Shown here in pieces: positions 44,071 to 57,288 of a stretch of 64,000 bases of DNA (position 1 is its first letter; each line of letters opens with the position of its first letter). A model generated the notes under the pieces. The model was not told where the DNA came from. It ran no database searches and worked only from the letters and a program-made list of their open reading frames with translations. The stretch is from Veleropilina oligotropha (Eukaryota), in contig JBEUKZ010000114.1 in assembly GCA_048128005.1 (NCBI GenBank), forward strand, positions 62,001-126,000, given 5' to 3'. A program made the position numbers and the translations under genes.

Positions 44071-46296
44071 ATGGTGCATTGCAGTGTTTCCGGGTGCAGA
44101 CAGAAAATCCGTGGTTTTGACAGGCACTCCGAATGCACTGTTCACCGTGTTTGTTTTAGTGATAAGCATCCGTGTGAGCATTGTTCCGTGTTGACGAATC
44201 GGCAGTGGGAGATTCTTTTCCCAACGGAGAAGACGACCAGGGCATCTTCTCCCGATGGGACATCCACCGAGAAGCTTCAGAGATTAGAAACAGGCTATGA
44301 CACTATTCTTTCTCTTTCAGATCCTCTCGGTGATAGCTGTGTTGGGACAGCGGCTGTCGCGGGATCCGCCGTCGGAACCTCTGAGATTTTGGGGAAAGTC
44401 CCAGAATCTTCGTCAGGGTCCAAGATTCAGGTAAGAGCCTGAGTGCAGTCCGACTCCTCTCTTTTGGGCCTAGTAACTGCTGCTCAGAGTATCTTGCCGA
44501 CCGGTAAGACACGTCGAGCGCTGCGGCGAAAAGCTGAACAGGGCAGACAAAGCCTGTCCTCTCCTCCGACCTCGGAGGAGCAAGGCAGCATTAGTCCTTC
44601 TGCGAGTTTAGTAGCTTCTGAACAAGAAGCGAAACGACTGGCAGAAAAAGTCGATATAGTTGCTGGGCACCACGAAAGTGGTCGAAGTTCCAGACGCTCG
44701 ACGAAACCCATCCTCTCGTCCGACAACGGCGCTAGTGTAAAAACTAATCCCGCCACCGTCGGAGCCCACGAGATCGATGGGAGGCCCATTACCTCCGACG
44801 GTTCTTTTCAAGACGTCCTAGGTGGTGTGGTAGGATCGGCTGCGCTCGGGGCTGAAGTTTACGGCGGGTATTCCCACGTGCTTCACTCGAGCAGGGTTAC
44901 AGACCCGTATGGACTGTGGTCGCAGTCCTACGGGCCGTTCGCACCAGTTAACATGCCTTCGGGCCGGTTCCCTGGTAGCAGTTTCCCGACAGGAAGCCTG
45001 AGACCCTGGTTCTCGGCTCCACCTGTCCGTGCAGCCCGTCCACCAAGCGCTACGGTAACCTCGAGCGGACCAATGGCTGTTGGTCCGACGTCCGTCATGC
45101 CTCCGGGTTTCTCGTTCAAGAACGTCCAGGCTATGATTGCGGCGGAAGTCGAGTCACGTTGTAGGTCCTGGTTACTGGCTACCCAGCAGCCCCAGGTCCC
45201 AGCGTCTCTGACCGTAACGCCAGGCTCGGCTCATGCTTCGGTGATGGAAGTAGATCCTCGTTCCGACGAGGACAACACTTCTACTCGCTCTGACCCCCCT
45301 GAATCGGTCAGACCAGACGACTCTTGTAGTCTTTCTGGCATGCATGAAGCCGTCTCCGCCACCCGCCGAAGGTACGACGCTGTCGCGTCGCTTCGCGGGG
45401 TGCTTGACTTGCTCGACCCGGCTCTGCCGGTAAGCGTAGTCAGGCACAGGACAGCGGCACGTCGGTTTGTTGGGACGGAAGCCCCCCTGCTTCCTACCCT
45501 CCCCCAGTCTGGGTTGGTCTCGCTCGTCCTCGACTCGGCGACCAAATCCATTCAGGGGTCCAAATCGGTGGAGACTTCCTCTTTAACAGAGTACCCTAGT
45601 GGTCTGCGTAATGGAAGGTACCTCCGGCCCAGTAGGCATCCGATTCCGATTGGGTGCTCTGGGACGTGTCTGGCGACTGAGCCAGCTCAGATCGATGCGT
45701 CGGCCAGCACAGCTCCCTCTGTAGTCAAAGTTCCATGGGCTGCCATGGAGGGCTTTGAGAGCTCCGCCCGTCGAGCTCTACGGCATGCCTCCATCCAGGA
45801 TTTCTTCTTGGACGGAGCGATTACCATACTACAAGAGGATGGACCCCGCGCTCGAGAGATCGCACTGTCCTTCCTCGAAGAGGTTGCCGCCTCCACAGAG
45901 AACTCCGCGTCGGAGTCGGCCCGATCCCTAGGTAACGCGGTTCTACTTCGTAGAGACGTGTGCCTAGAGGGCACCACGTTAGACGACGCCACCCGGCAGT
46001 TGCTACGTTGCGTACCGTTGTCGGCCTCTACTCTCTTCGGGGACAAATTCGCCGAGTTTGTCGAGAAGAGAGCGGCCGACCTAAAGGATCGCGCGATCGA
46101 GAAGGCAGTCTTGGCTACTCCTCGGAGTATGCTGGCTGCTGCCTCAAGGAAGCGCTCGGGACCGTCCCGGTTTCATAAGCCTTCCAAGCGTGCCAAACCT
46201 TCGTTTAGTGGGCCTCCTCCGGCCAAGAAATCTAATACGAAGAAGGCACCTCTGACGAAATCCCGTCAGAGCGGGAGAGGGAAGCCACGGCCCTAG
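44071..46296 (+). pseudogene. DIRS gag-like ORF1 (N-terminal Cys/His finger; in-frame stop at 44440)
   Basis: CxxxxC...DRHxxCxxH..C.....CxxC N-terminus. 44071-44442 and 44443-46296 are in the same frame. Basic C-terminus. Confidence 0.75.
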
Positions 46297-46332
46297 GGTT
46301 GCTGGTGCTCGCCCAGTTGCACGCTTCCGCCG

Positions 46333-48236
46333 GTGGGAGCGTGTCTGTTAGAGTACAGCCTGTCCTGGCTAGAAATGACAGAGGACAACTGGGTTCACTC
46401 AGTCGTGAGTGCCGGATACAAGTTGGCATTCGACCGGCATCCAACCCTAGACGCGACACCACCACCAGGACGCGCTCGTCTCCTGATAAGAGAAAAACAA
46501 GCCGTCCTAGACCAGGCAGTGCAGTACTTACTCTCAAAAAGAGCGATTTATCCCGCGCCGCCCAGCACACCAGGATATTACAGCCACTTTTTCCTGGTCC
46601 AGAAACCCGATGGCCGTTGGCGACCGATCCTCGATCTGTCATTCCTCAACCAGTATCTTCGTACCGAGAAGTTCAAGCAAGAAACACTCTCGAAGATACG
46701 AACGGCCATCCATCTGGGCGACTGGGCAACGTCTATCGACTTCACCGATGCGTACCTACACGTTCCGATGCAAGTCTCGGCTCACCGGTACCTACGGTTT
46801 GTCCACGGGGGAACGGTCTACCAATTCAGGTGTCTACCGTTCGGTCTATCGTCAGCCCCGTACGTCTTCACGCGGGTAGTACAGGCTCTCGGGGCCTTCC
46901 TACACTCGCAAGGGCACAGAGTACACATGTACCTCGACGACTGGTTGATTCTCGGGGCGTCCCGGGATCAGTGCCTCCAGTCTATGAGCGTTACCCTGTC
47001 ATCGGCGAAGCGCCTAGGTTTACAGATCAACAACGAAAAATCCTGCTTCATGCCCTCGACGACGTTTACATTTCTAGGGGTCGAATTCGACACGGTCCGG
47101 TACACCGCGAAACCGACTCAGAAATGTATAGAGAACCTACGCGCGGTTATACTGAAAACGAAGTCTTCACGGATAACTACAGCGCAACGACTGGCCACTG
47201 TCCTAGGGCACATCGAGTCGGTAGCTCCCCTGTTACCGACGGGTCGCATGGACAAGCGACCGTTGCAGCAGGCCTTCAAGGACCGCTGGATACAACGCAT
47301 GGGACAGTGGACGGATCGCATCGATCTACGGCATTGGTTCACTCGCACGACAGCAGTGTGGCTGAACACTACCCTGCCGAGTCAGTCGGTTCCGATATCC
47401 CCCCCAGAACCGAACGCCTACCTCTTCACGGACGCCTACCTCTTCACGAGGTCACCTCGACAGTCACGAGACATCAGGCCTTTGTCCGACGGACCTGCAG
47501 GGACGACACAAACTTTCTCGAGTTAGAAGCCGTCTACCTGTCAGTACGGTCCCTCTCGTCACATCTCCGCAACAAGCACATAATGCTAGCAACGGACAAC
47601 ACGACTGTCGTCACTTACATTCAGCACCAGGGCGGCACTCGCTCCCGTCCACTTTGCGACCGAGCGATCGACCTACACCGCCTAGTGATGTCACTCAACT
47701 CGACAATTCGAGCCCGACACATCCCGGGGAAGCTGAATGCCAGAGCGGATACGCTCTCACGGAAAACACAGATTATACACACAGAGTGGATGCTACACGC
47801 CCGTGTAGCCCGAGATGTCTGTCGCCTGTGGTCGCAGCCTTAAGTCGATCTATTCGCAACCGAATACAATCACCGACTCCCTCTCTATGTGTCTCTTTAC
47901 CCGGACCCGGCCGCTATAGCGGTCGACGCACTGTCAATGACATGGGAGAATCTGATCGCCTACGCCTTTCCGCCGTCGTGCATGCTGCCACAAGTACTAC
48001 GGAAAGCAACACGCGAAGACTGCGAGTTGACGCTAATAGCACCCCTACAACGCACGCAGTCCTGGTTTCCGACACTTCTGGATCTACTCATCGATCAGCC
48101 ACTAGCGCTCCTGCAGATGACAGACCTGTTATCGCAACCGCGCAGTCGGGTTCTACACCCGTCGGCGAACGAGTTTTACTTTCACGCCTGGCGACTATCG
48201 AGAGATCGCTCATTAAGAAAGGCTTTTCTAGAGTGA
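46333..48236 (+). pseudogene. DIRS RT-RNase H-methyltransferase-like ORF, disrupted
   Basis: WRPILDL, DFTDAYLH, LPFGLSSAP, YLDD; FTDA (frameshifting duplication ~47414-47448), LELEAV, TDN, NARADTLSR; stop at 47841; VDLFAT...YAFPP. Confidence 0.92.
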
Positions 48237-49270
48237 CAGCCCAGCGCATCTACCAATCTAGAAGGCAGTCTACAACATAGGTATACGATTACCGATGGAA
48301 GAAATTTGTGGATTGGTGTCGCGGGCGGCAAGTCAATATATTCCGCCCCCCTGTGACAAAATTTATCGAGTTTTTGTCGTCGTTGCTCGAACGTGGAATG
48401 TCTATTTCCGAGGTCAAAGGCTACCAATCATGCGTAGCAACGACGTTACGACAATGCCGCGAGCACACCCGCTTTTCTACCGACAAAACAATATCGGATT
48501 TTATACGCTCCTACCAACTCGAACGCCCGGCCCAGCAGGTGCGGCCACCTGCGTGGAATATCATGTTGATTCTCAATGCTTTACTTAGATGTCCGTTCGA
48601 GCCTATGAGTGAATGCTCCCTCAAAAATCTCACTTATAAGACCGTACTACTTACCGCTCTCGCGACCGGTAATCGGGCATCGGAGATACACGCATTATCC
48701 GGAGAGCTGCGAGATATACACTTCCACACCGATGGGTCGTTGACGCTGCATACTGTCCTTGGCTTCCTAGCGAAGACACAAAGACCTGAAGATATCTGTC
48801 CCGAGGTTTGTATTCGTAACCTCTCCATGTTGGGTAGAGACAATATCGACCGGCTGAACTGCCCCATTCGTGCGCTGAAAGTCTATCTGGACCGGACCTG
48901 TGACCTACGGCACGGCAAGAAGCGTTTATTCATAAGCCACATGTCTCAATTCAACCGCGACATTCGCAAATCGACTGTGTCACGTTGGATAGTCTCTGTT
49001 GTAAAAGAAATTTACAAGCGGTCTGACGAGCCAGATCGAGATCTCGTTTCAATTCACGCGCATGAAACACGGGCCTTAGCAACCTCTTTAGCCTTCAAGT
49101 ATAATTTAAATATCAATGCAATCTTGAAGGCTGGTTATTGGAAGAGTGCCAATACATTCGTTCGCTTTTACCTGCGTGATTACGCAACCACGGCATCTGG
49201 CGAACATAGCATCTCCTTTGTCGCAGCCAATCAGCAATGTATTCGAGGATCTAGGTCATCCTTTCAGTGA
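48200..49270 (+). pseudogene. DIRS tyrosine recombinase (in-frame stop at 48278)
   Basis: GNRASEIHAL (R), CPIRAL, HAHETR (HxxR), YWKSANTFVRFY (W, Y). Confidence 0.9.
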
Positions 49271-50596
49271 ATGGTAAATGATTATTACCAGGGAACTGAG
49301 GTAATGTAATGTATTTCTATTTGTGTACATTGTAGCACCCTTAGAATTTACTTCAATGTTATTTCTTTTCTTAAATTTATTAAGAAATTGAAATTATCTA
49401 GTCATAACTGAGTTAATATGACATTATGCTCACATTGGATGCAAACATTTATATTACGAAATCTTAAAAATGTTTTTTGTAAATAATATTATTTTTAAAA
49501 ATGTTCTACTTGCTGTCGCAGAACATTTCAATGTCTTTACATTGGAAAATTTTAATATTATTCCCTACTTAAAATTATTTAAGTAACATGTTATCATGTT
49601 GACATTTTGCAAGATAGACATGCAAATTTTTTTATTAATTCAAGATGAAGATAATTGAATATTCTTCAATCTATTAATAATTGTCAAGGTTTTATATTAT
49701 AGCACAATAAACCTGCCTAGGTTCGGGTGCCTCTAAAAACCACGTCTAGCAGTTTTCTGTCTGCCGACCTTTGAGTCCGGAATATTCAGATCACTGGTTT
49801 TGCCCATGACACAAGTGCCTACAAGGTATACCTTCCGCACGGTGTCCGGAGCTACATGCACTTTCGTGTTACCTGTCCGACTAACATCCCTGGCGTGTTT
49901 TCCCAGATTTCTTGGTCGAAATCTCACCTCGGGGTAAGAGTAGATTAGATGCTCAGTAAATCCACTCTGAACGGACTCAATCTCAACGCTAAAGCGTCGT
50001 CTTCTGGTAACAAGTAAGTTTTAATTTTGGTATATGGAACTTATAACTCCGCCAACCAAAGTTATTCTTGGCATTAGTAAGGACGTAAGTATATTTGATA
50101 TAGATAGGAGGATTAAAGGTAATCCCCTTGTATCTATAAGAATTTACTTACGTCCTTACCCACTTGGCCCACCCTGCATTCGCACCTCCCCTCTTATATA
50201 AGTTCTTTGCCTTGTTGTTTGCTAAAACTTCGGATGAGGTCATGACCTTTTGGTCACGAGGATCTCGCGGGAGTTGGCGAGCTCCTTATAAGGCATGAAC
50301 TTGAGGAGGTCGCGCAGGTCAGGGGGTCAACTGGGTTCAATTTACTAAAAGTGCGAAAATTACCATTTGCACCTTGTCCGGATTTAGCGATAATAGGCTT
50401 ATTATGGCATTAGTAAGGACGTAAGTATATTCTTATAGATACAAGGGGATTACCTTTAATCCTCCTATTTCTTACAAACATTTATGAACCACGTTCACTC
50501 ATATGTACGAGGCAATTTTTCGTTTTACCACAATCAAACACATGCATTTCTGTTTTTCAAAGGGGGTCTGGATCACCAGCCCCTCCCCCAGGAAAA

Positions 50597-52106
50597 GGCA
50601 ATCCTCAGAACGGCGGTCCCAAATTATTAAACCACCTAATGTGACTACAACACGTCGCACTGCTTCCCCTCAGTCCTAAATTACAGGAAAACGAAAATGA
50701 CACTTCAGAAATTTGTTCGAAACTCCAACAGGTGTACAAAATCAGTAAGTAAGTACAGTAAGTACAGTAAGCGCAGTACTACAAGTCTGTTAGTTGTTTC
50801 GGCGTGAAACTGCTAAATATGATAGTTGTCGCAAAGCAGTTTCAAATACTGTCCGAAGGCATGCAACTTGTGACTGAAACGCCATTGAAAAGCGGATGAG
50901 TAACTTGGAAACAGTACGCGGCTTATGCCACTCTGGTAACGCACTTTACGCTTCGCTTGCATCCATAAACCTTCAATCGCTTGTGTATTGATTTCGGGAT
51001 GAACAGGATCAACAAAATGTTGCGCATGTACCACAACCTCGTGCTGATATACTCCATTGTTAATTTAGTCGATGCTATTATATGCAGCCCAAGCATCTGT
51101 GACAATTATTGTTCCGGGAAGAATGTGAGCAATTATAATTTGTTCAAGTGCAGCTGCGTTTCTGCGTGCTACAACTTCCAACCAACAGCGTCCGCTGTCC
51201 CGTTCAAGTATTCCGACGATCCACTTGCCATGGCGCAATTGGCATCGATGATATTTTCGGTGAAAAAAGTACGTTTCCTCCAGTTCAACGTACTTCGGTT
51301 GCCCGTTGTTATCCAAACCACCAAGATCCACCCGAAAGAAGTTGTTATAGTTTACAATTGTGTCCCAATTACCAATGTCCTCAAATAAGATTATATGTTT
51401 CGATTTAACTTCGTATACCCAGTAGTATATCATCATAACGATTTTTTCCGTGCCGAATCCACAGTTAGCAAAAAACGATCCCGTGCGTATGCTTGTTCTA
51501 GTATTGCAATCATGGCATTTCCATGAATAGCCGTCAGGTGACTCAGCTCGACGAACCAAAGACATCGGACGTTGGCAGTTCCCGCAGTCATTACTGTTGC
51601 GTATTAAACGATGTTCAGCAAGCCACACCAACCACTGCATTCGGTCATGCATACTTTCGTATATTGCTTTTGGCATGCAATCAATTGATTCCAGAATGTT
51701 AGCCGGTAAAACGTTATTTGTTATATGTTTCGGTGATGGAGGTCTTCCTGCCATGGTTAATACGGATTCTCCAGGCTGGTACCATGCACTTAAGTACTAT
51801 AATGTCGACCACTCCCATATGCTAGTCGTATAAAAGACTAGAACTGGGAATTTCCATAAGAATGTCCAATCAGAATGTGGGACATTTTCGTTTTCTTGTA
51901 ATTTAAGAACTGGGAATTTCCAATCAGAATGTTTTCCAATCAGAATGTGGGACATTTTCGTTTTCTTGTAACTTAAGAACTGGGAATTTCCAATCAGAAT
52001 GTGGGGCATTTTCGTTTTCTTGTAATTGAGGACTGAGAGGAATCAGTACGTGTTGTAGTCAAATTAGGCGGTTTAATAATTTGGGACCGTCGTTCTGAGG
52101 ATTGCC
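50597..52106. mobile_element. Merlin/IS1595-like DNA transposon
   Basis: 59-bp TIRs (50597-50655 / 52048-52106) beginning GGCAATCC, flanked by GGAAAA on both sides. Subterminal tandem repeats at ~51840-52030. Confidence 0.9.
50813..51754 (-). pseudogene. Merlin (IS1595-family DDE) transposase with an in-frame stop at 51065
   Basis: Zn ribbon CxxC...WKCxxC, SIRTGSFF, YVELEET, PGTIIVTDAWAAY, HFVDP...TQAIEGLW. Confidence 0.9.
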
Positions 52107-53327
52107 GGAAAATTTGCCTATTAACGGAGTGAAACCCCGTCTCCTGCATTCTGACAGTGCGATTGCGGTCGCGATATTTCTTATGAACATTAATGAAACA
52201 TTTTCCCTAAAATGCGTTAGTAAAATTCGTTTTTTTCACGGTTCAAACGCGCTATTTCATATCAACATTCATAAACCATATCCACTCAAACATATCAGTA
52301 CACATTTGGGGTTTTTCACAATCAATTTCTGATTTTCAAAAGTTAGGGATCCAGATCACTTGGTCAAAGAAAATCTTGACAATTAACGTTGTGAAACCCT
52401 CTCTCCTGCATTTTGACGGTGCAATTGCGATATTTCTTATCAACAAGTATGAATCATTTTCACTAAAATGTATAAGTTATTTTTTATTTATTATCACAAT
52501 CAAACATGTATTTTTTATTTTCACAAGGGAGGGAGGTGCAAGGGGGGCCGCTCATCCCCCCCCCCCCCCCCTTGGATCCGCTAGTGAATAACCGCTTTAT
52601 ATAATGCTAAGCAAACATATTAAAACAAAACTTTACAAGAATCACTTTCAGCGTACATAATATTATTGTATGTACAAAGCTGAGCATAGCGAAAATTTAG
52701 CCTGAGTAGGCCTATCAGTGTAGTAGCCTCACATGGAGACGGCTAAAAGATCCACTAAATACGAAAACTAGTGTCAATGCGCCATACAAAATACTGTCAG
52801 AATACCAACAATCACGGAACATAAATAATCCCATATTTTCTTCATATTTATGCAAGTCAGAGATGAAGTGCTTGTTATGTAGAGGAACTACTTAATTACA
52901 ATGGATTTTTCTATATACACAACAACAATATTTTTTATATGTAAAGATTTTTTTTGGGGGGGGGCAGTGCCCCCCTGGTTCCTACGTCCCAGTATAGTAT
53001 ATGCTAATAAATGTTTAAACGTCGATATTGAATTAATGATTGATTGATTGAAGTGATGTTTAACGACCACGCCAACAATATTTCAGGATAATCGGGTCGA
53101 TAGACTTTAAATGCTCCAATTACCTGATATTTTTTAAACAACATTCAATTTTACATCCAGGGCAATCAGAGGAGATTGCAAAACCTCGCCCGGGCCAAGG
53201 AAGACGACGGCAAAAGTCAGAATTAAACATTTCTGAACATGAATTACAATCATACAAATGTGATGACAAATCATAGCAAAATTCAAGTAATAATAACAAA
53301 ACTTAGTAAATATAAATTAAAAAAATT

Positions 53328-53399
53328 GGAGGCAACGGGATTTGAACACCAGACCTCAAGATTAATCGACGACGCCTTAACCGTTTGCGCTATTCGTAC
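53328..53399 (-). other. tRNA-like relic (SINE head or tRNA pseudogene)
   Basis: Minus strand has A box TAGCGCAAACGG and B box GTTCAAATCC. The acceptor stem does not pair. Confidence 0.45.
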
Positions 53400-53621
53400 T
53401 TGCGATTGTAGGCTATATATACTTGGTGTTCGATTTTTGCATTGAAAATTTGCCGAAGCTGACAATACTTAATTCGCAATAACTCAATAGTTACTGAAGT
53501 GATATACCTGAAATTTTAAAGAGAGGTAGATTACGTTAACCATGCTTAATCACGGCGTTAGCAGTATTTAAAGAGCTATCACAAATATCGCAACGTCTCG
53601 GCGATTTTAATTTCGGAATAT

Positions 53622-56114
53622 GTATTGAATTGATGTTTAACGACCACGCCAACAATATTTCAGTCATAATCGGGTCAAAGTTACAGTTAGTGATAAACGA
53701 TGTAATATATGAATAAAAGTTTAACAATAAAAGGGATTAAATACATTCGTAAAAAGTACATAATAAAAATAGGTACATTATAAAAAACAAGTACATATAG
53801 AAACGATGCTCATAGAAATGTAAAAATGATCGTAAAATAAAAGTCAAGTACAAGCATAAAATCAAGATATAAACTAAATTTGAGTCATAAAGCATATTTG
53901 TTAGATAAAAAGCTGTTTATAACTTGTAAAATATATTTATATCTTTTAAGAAATCAAATATAACGTAAACCTTAAAAAGTGTAAATAGCTCTTGAAGTGA
54001 ATTTGCCCTGAAATAACGTTGGCGTACCAGGTCTAAACCAACACATTCCAAGAAAATGTCAGGGCAGTTGCACAAGGAATAGGGTAGACCGGGGCAAGAT
54101 GCCCACCCGGGGTAAAACGCCCATACCGTATACATGACTATTTGTTTGTTTATAGCCCATTTTATGTCATTGGTGTGAAGCAGAGTAACCTCCCTTTTCC
54201 AAATGTCTGCTAGCTGCGACTGTACCTAATGCATGCATGTCGCTGCCCACATTAACCTATTTCGGCACCATTTCTTATAAAATTTCACTATAACCAGTTT
54301 GATTGCATTGTTTAAACGGCTGGCATGATTTTCAAAGCTATATATGTTATATCGATGCACTCAATTGTCTAGCAACGTTTGACAAATAAAGAATCAATAT
54401 GCTTGTCGTTTTTTCTGGGCGATGGTGACCCAATGCACGCACATGGTTTGGGGCAAAACGCCCATTTTACATTGGGGTAAAACGCCCAACTAGGCGCTTT
54501 ACACCTATTGATACTTTGTTGTGAGTAAATGATTTATATCAAGTAGACTATCCATAACTTCGTAATAAAACATTTTTATATTATGGGCAAGACTACTCGT
54601 GCCAGCCACGGTTTATCTTTATTTTTGTAGAAAATGGTAAGCAATTATAAAAGGAAATGCGATCGAGGGTCATACGGCGAGAATGCACTAATAAATGCCC
54701 TAAAAGTAATTGAACAACGGACACATGTGAAACAAGCAAGTAGAACGTTCGGAATACCTTGTCGCACACTCCGCACACTTATTACCGTCTACAAAGATGT
54801 ATTAGGAGAACAAACCTATACACCAATGCGTATTTGGAACATGGACGAAACTGGAATAACAAACGTTCAAAGATCTGGAAAGATCGTTGCTTCTAAAGGA
54901 ATTCGACAAGTCGAGAAGATGACATGTGCGGAAAGGGGCGGGCTCCACGGTAACGGTCCTATGTGCTGCGAATGCCGGTGGATAATACGTACCACCTATG
55001 ATGATATTTCCTATAAAACGTATGGTCGAGGCTTCGCCAGTGAAAATGGCTGGACCAATAGCGAGTTATTCGTTAAATGGCTTCACCATTTCATTGCTTT
55101 TACCAAATGTTCGCAAGAAGAACCACATGTCCTTATACTTGATAGGCATCATAGTCACAAAACCCTGGCGGCAGTTTTATTTGCCAGGGAACACGGCATC
55201 GTAATGATTACGCTCCCCCCACAACCTTGTGTGCTACTTCTGTAGCGTTGACAGATCCTGTTCAAACCGAAACGACATCGGCAGCGTCTGTCGGTGACAT
55301 CGTCGCCAATTCAACATCAAATCACAATGTAGTCATTCCTGCTATTGATGATAGTATCACATCCGATCTCACCGACAAAATATATGGTGGCGTGAAAATC
55401 ATATCCAGTGGCACTAATTCCAAATCGCTCGCCAATCTTGCCAGAGTTTTAGTCACCGATGCGATGCTGATTGGTAGTCCCGAGGGTGCTAGTTTGATGT
55501 TTGGCGGTAATATAGTCATCCCGGTTGGAACAAATGCATCTCGAATGGGAGCCCTGTCAGTTCCGGCGACGCCATCTCTGATACTCAGCAGGACAATTCG
55601 GCAACTACAGCGTCAATCACTTCTATTGAAAAGCAAGCTTCCGTAGGCACACATCCCTGATTATCACGAGCATTATTGTCATATTCAAAGACGTATTACT
55701 ACTATAGTTAATGGGTTAAAAGTGTTGTTACACCGAAATTCTCCTTACAATTCACTGAAAAATTGTTAAACGTTATCGTACAGCTGGCAATCCTATTCAA
55801 TCAATCAATATTATATAGAGCAAAACGTTCGCTATGACGGCTTCTTGCCCCAACCTCACGGGCGTCTTGCCCCAGCACCGGGGTAAAACGCCCAAAAAAC
55901 AAAAAGTTAGAAAGTGTTAATATCCCGAAAATTATTGATCCCCGAACAGTAATATTACGAAAATAGATACTACGATGGCTATATTAATTTAAAATATCTT
56001 TTTGCTGAAGAGTATGGATGTTGAACCGATAATATCAAACTTTTCCCTTAAGGGGGGCTTCTTGCCCCGGTCTACCCTACACTCGGGTGGAGGTTCTCCT
56101 TTTAGTAAGTAAGA
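53622..56114 (-). mobile_element. 5'-truncated I-group LINE 3' fragment interrupted by a pogo element
   Basis: Tail at 53622-53670. The LINE sequence GCACAAGGAA-TA-CACTCGGGTGG is contiguous across the insertion. Confidence 0.85.
54082..56077 (+). mobile_element. pogo-like (Tc1/mariner superfamily) transposon, internally deleted
   Basis: TIRs GGGTAGACCGGGGCAAGA with TA duplication (54080-81 / 56078-79). Transposase relic at 54634-55245 (HTH, WNMDETG, SENGW, ILD.H.SH, LPP). Confidence 0.9.
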
Positions 56115-57277
56115 ATTGAATTGAATTGATGTTTAACGACCACGCCGACACTATAATGGTCATAATCGGGTCGGTCAAATTAATTATATAATAGTTTAAT
56201 ATAAAAAGATAAAAGTTGTGATACCTATTTAATAATAAAATATCAATAAAATAAAACAGATGTGAAAAATAATAAAAACGAACCAATATATTTACAAGTA
56301 AAATAGGCAATGCAAATTTGGATAAAAGCAAATCAATAAAAGGGAACATAACATGGTATATTTACAGGTTAAAACGATATAAATATGCAAAGCAATAAAA
56401 TAAAAAACAAGTATAATAATAAAACAAGATATAAAAGTGTGAAAAAAAATATATAATTATAACTTGTAGAAAATATTTACCTGTTTTAAAAATTCAAATA
56501 TGGCTTTGAGCTTATTAAGATTAAATAACTCTTGGAGTGAATTTGCCCTAAAATACCTTTGGCGTGCGAGATACAAATCGACAAAATCCAGTAATATATG
56601 TTTAATAGTTAGGGCAGTTGCACAAGGAACACACTCGGGTGGAGGCTCTAGTAAGTAAGAATGAGTGTAGTGAGAGGGACCGATTCTCAATCTAGCCAAG
56701 ACCACTTTCTCATGGCGAATGAGTTTGTTTGAGGGATCCCATTCTCCGAGGAGAGGTTTAGTTGCATATAATTTATTCCTTGTGCATTCACTCCAAGAGC
56801 GTTGCCAAGTAGTATAAATATATTTGTTTATGTTTGCTTTGAAATCAGAATAAGGTAATTTAAAATCAAGAGGCTGGTTAAAACGTGCCGCTGACTTCGC
56901 TGCTTTGTCAGCCTTTTCATTGCCTTGGATACCGATAGGGCTTGGTATCCAGCATAAAATAATGTCTTTGTCTGTTAAAAGGTTGCTATATTTGATTAAA
57001 AGTTCGTGTACAGGAACATTTCTATTCATCACTCTCAATGCTTGGAGGCTGGAGAGGGAGTCTGAATAGATGACAAAATTAGTCCGAGAATTTGTCAAAA
57101 TAAAATCAAGTGCAAGATCGATTGCTTTTAATTCAGCAGTGAATATGGTCGCGTTTCCAGGCAGACGGTTTTGAAAACATCGTCTGCCAGTGACAGCGGC
57201 TGCTCCTACCCGATCTGCATTTTTTTAACCATCTGTGTATATGCTTGCACGATCTGAATATTTAGATTTCAGATCGT
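56115..57277 (-). mobile_element. 5'-truncated I-group LINE (RNase H to 3' tail)
   Basis: YTDG, YSDSLS, WIPS.IGI.GNEKAD motifs and a (TCAAT)n tail. Confidence 0.9.
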
Positions 57278-57288
57278 CCACCTTTGAT

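Larger units (their letters stand above)
43900..50470 (+). mobile_element. DIRS1-type tyrosine-recombinase retrotransposon (left ITR missing)
   Basis: Gag-like, RT-RNaseH-MT and YR frames. ICR at 50069-50159 and a right ITR ending CCTATTT at 50470. Confidence 0.92.

Noticed and set aside
46299..47450. Long alternative-frame ORF overlapping the DIRS RT as a novel gene
   Set aside because: Overlapping frames are normal in DIRS elements. Only its C-terminal part is recognisable (RNase H, joined by a frameshift).
53328..53399. Functional tRNA gene
   Set aside because: A and B boxes are present but the acceptor stem does not pair.
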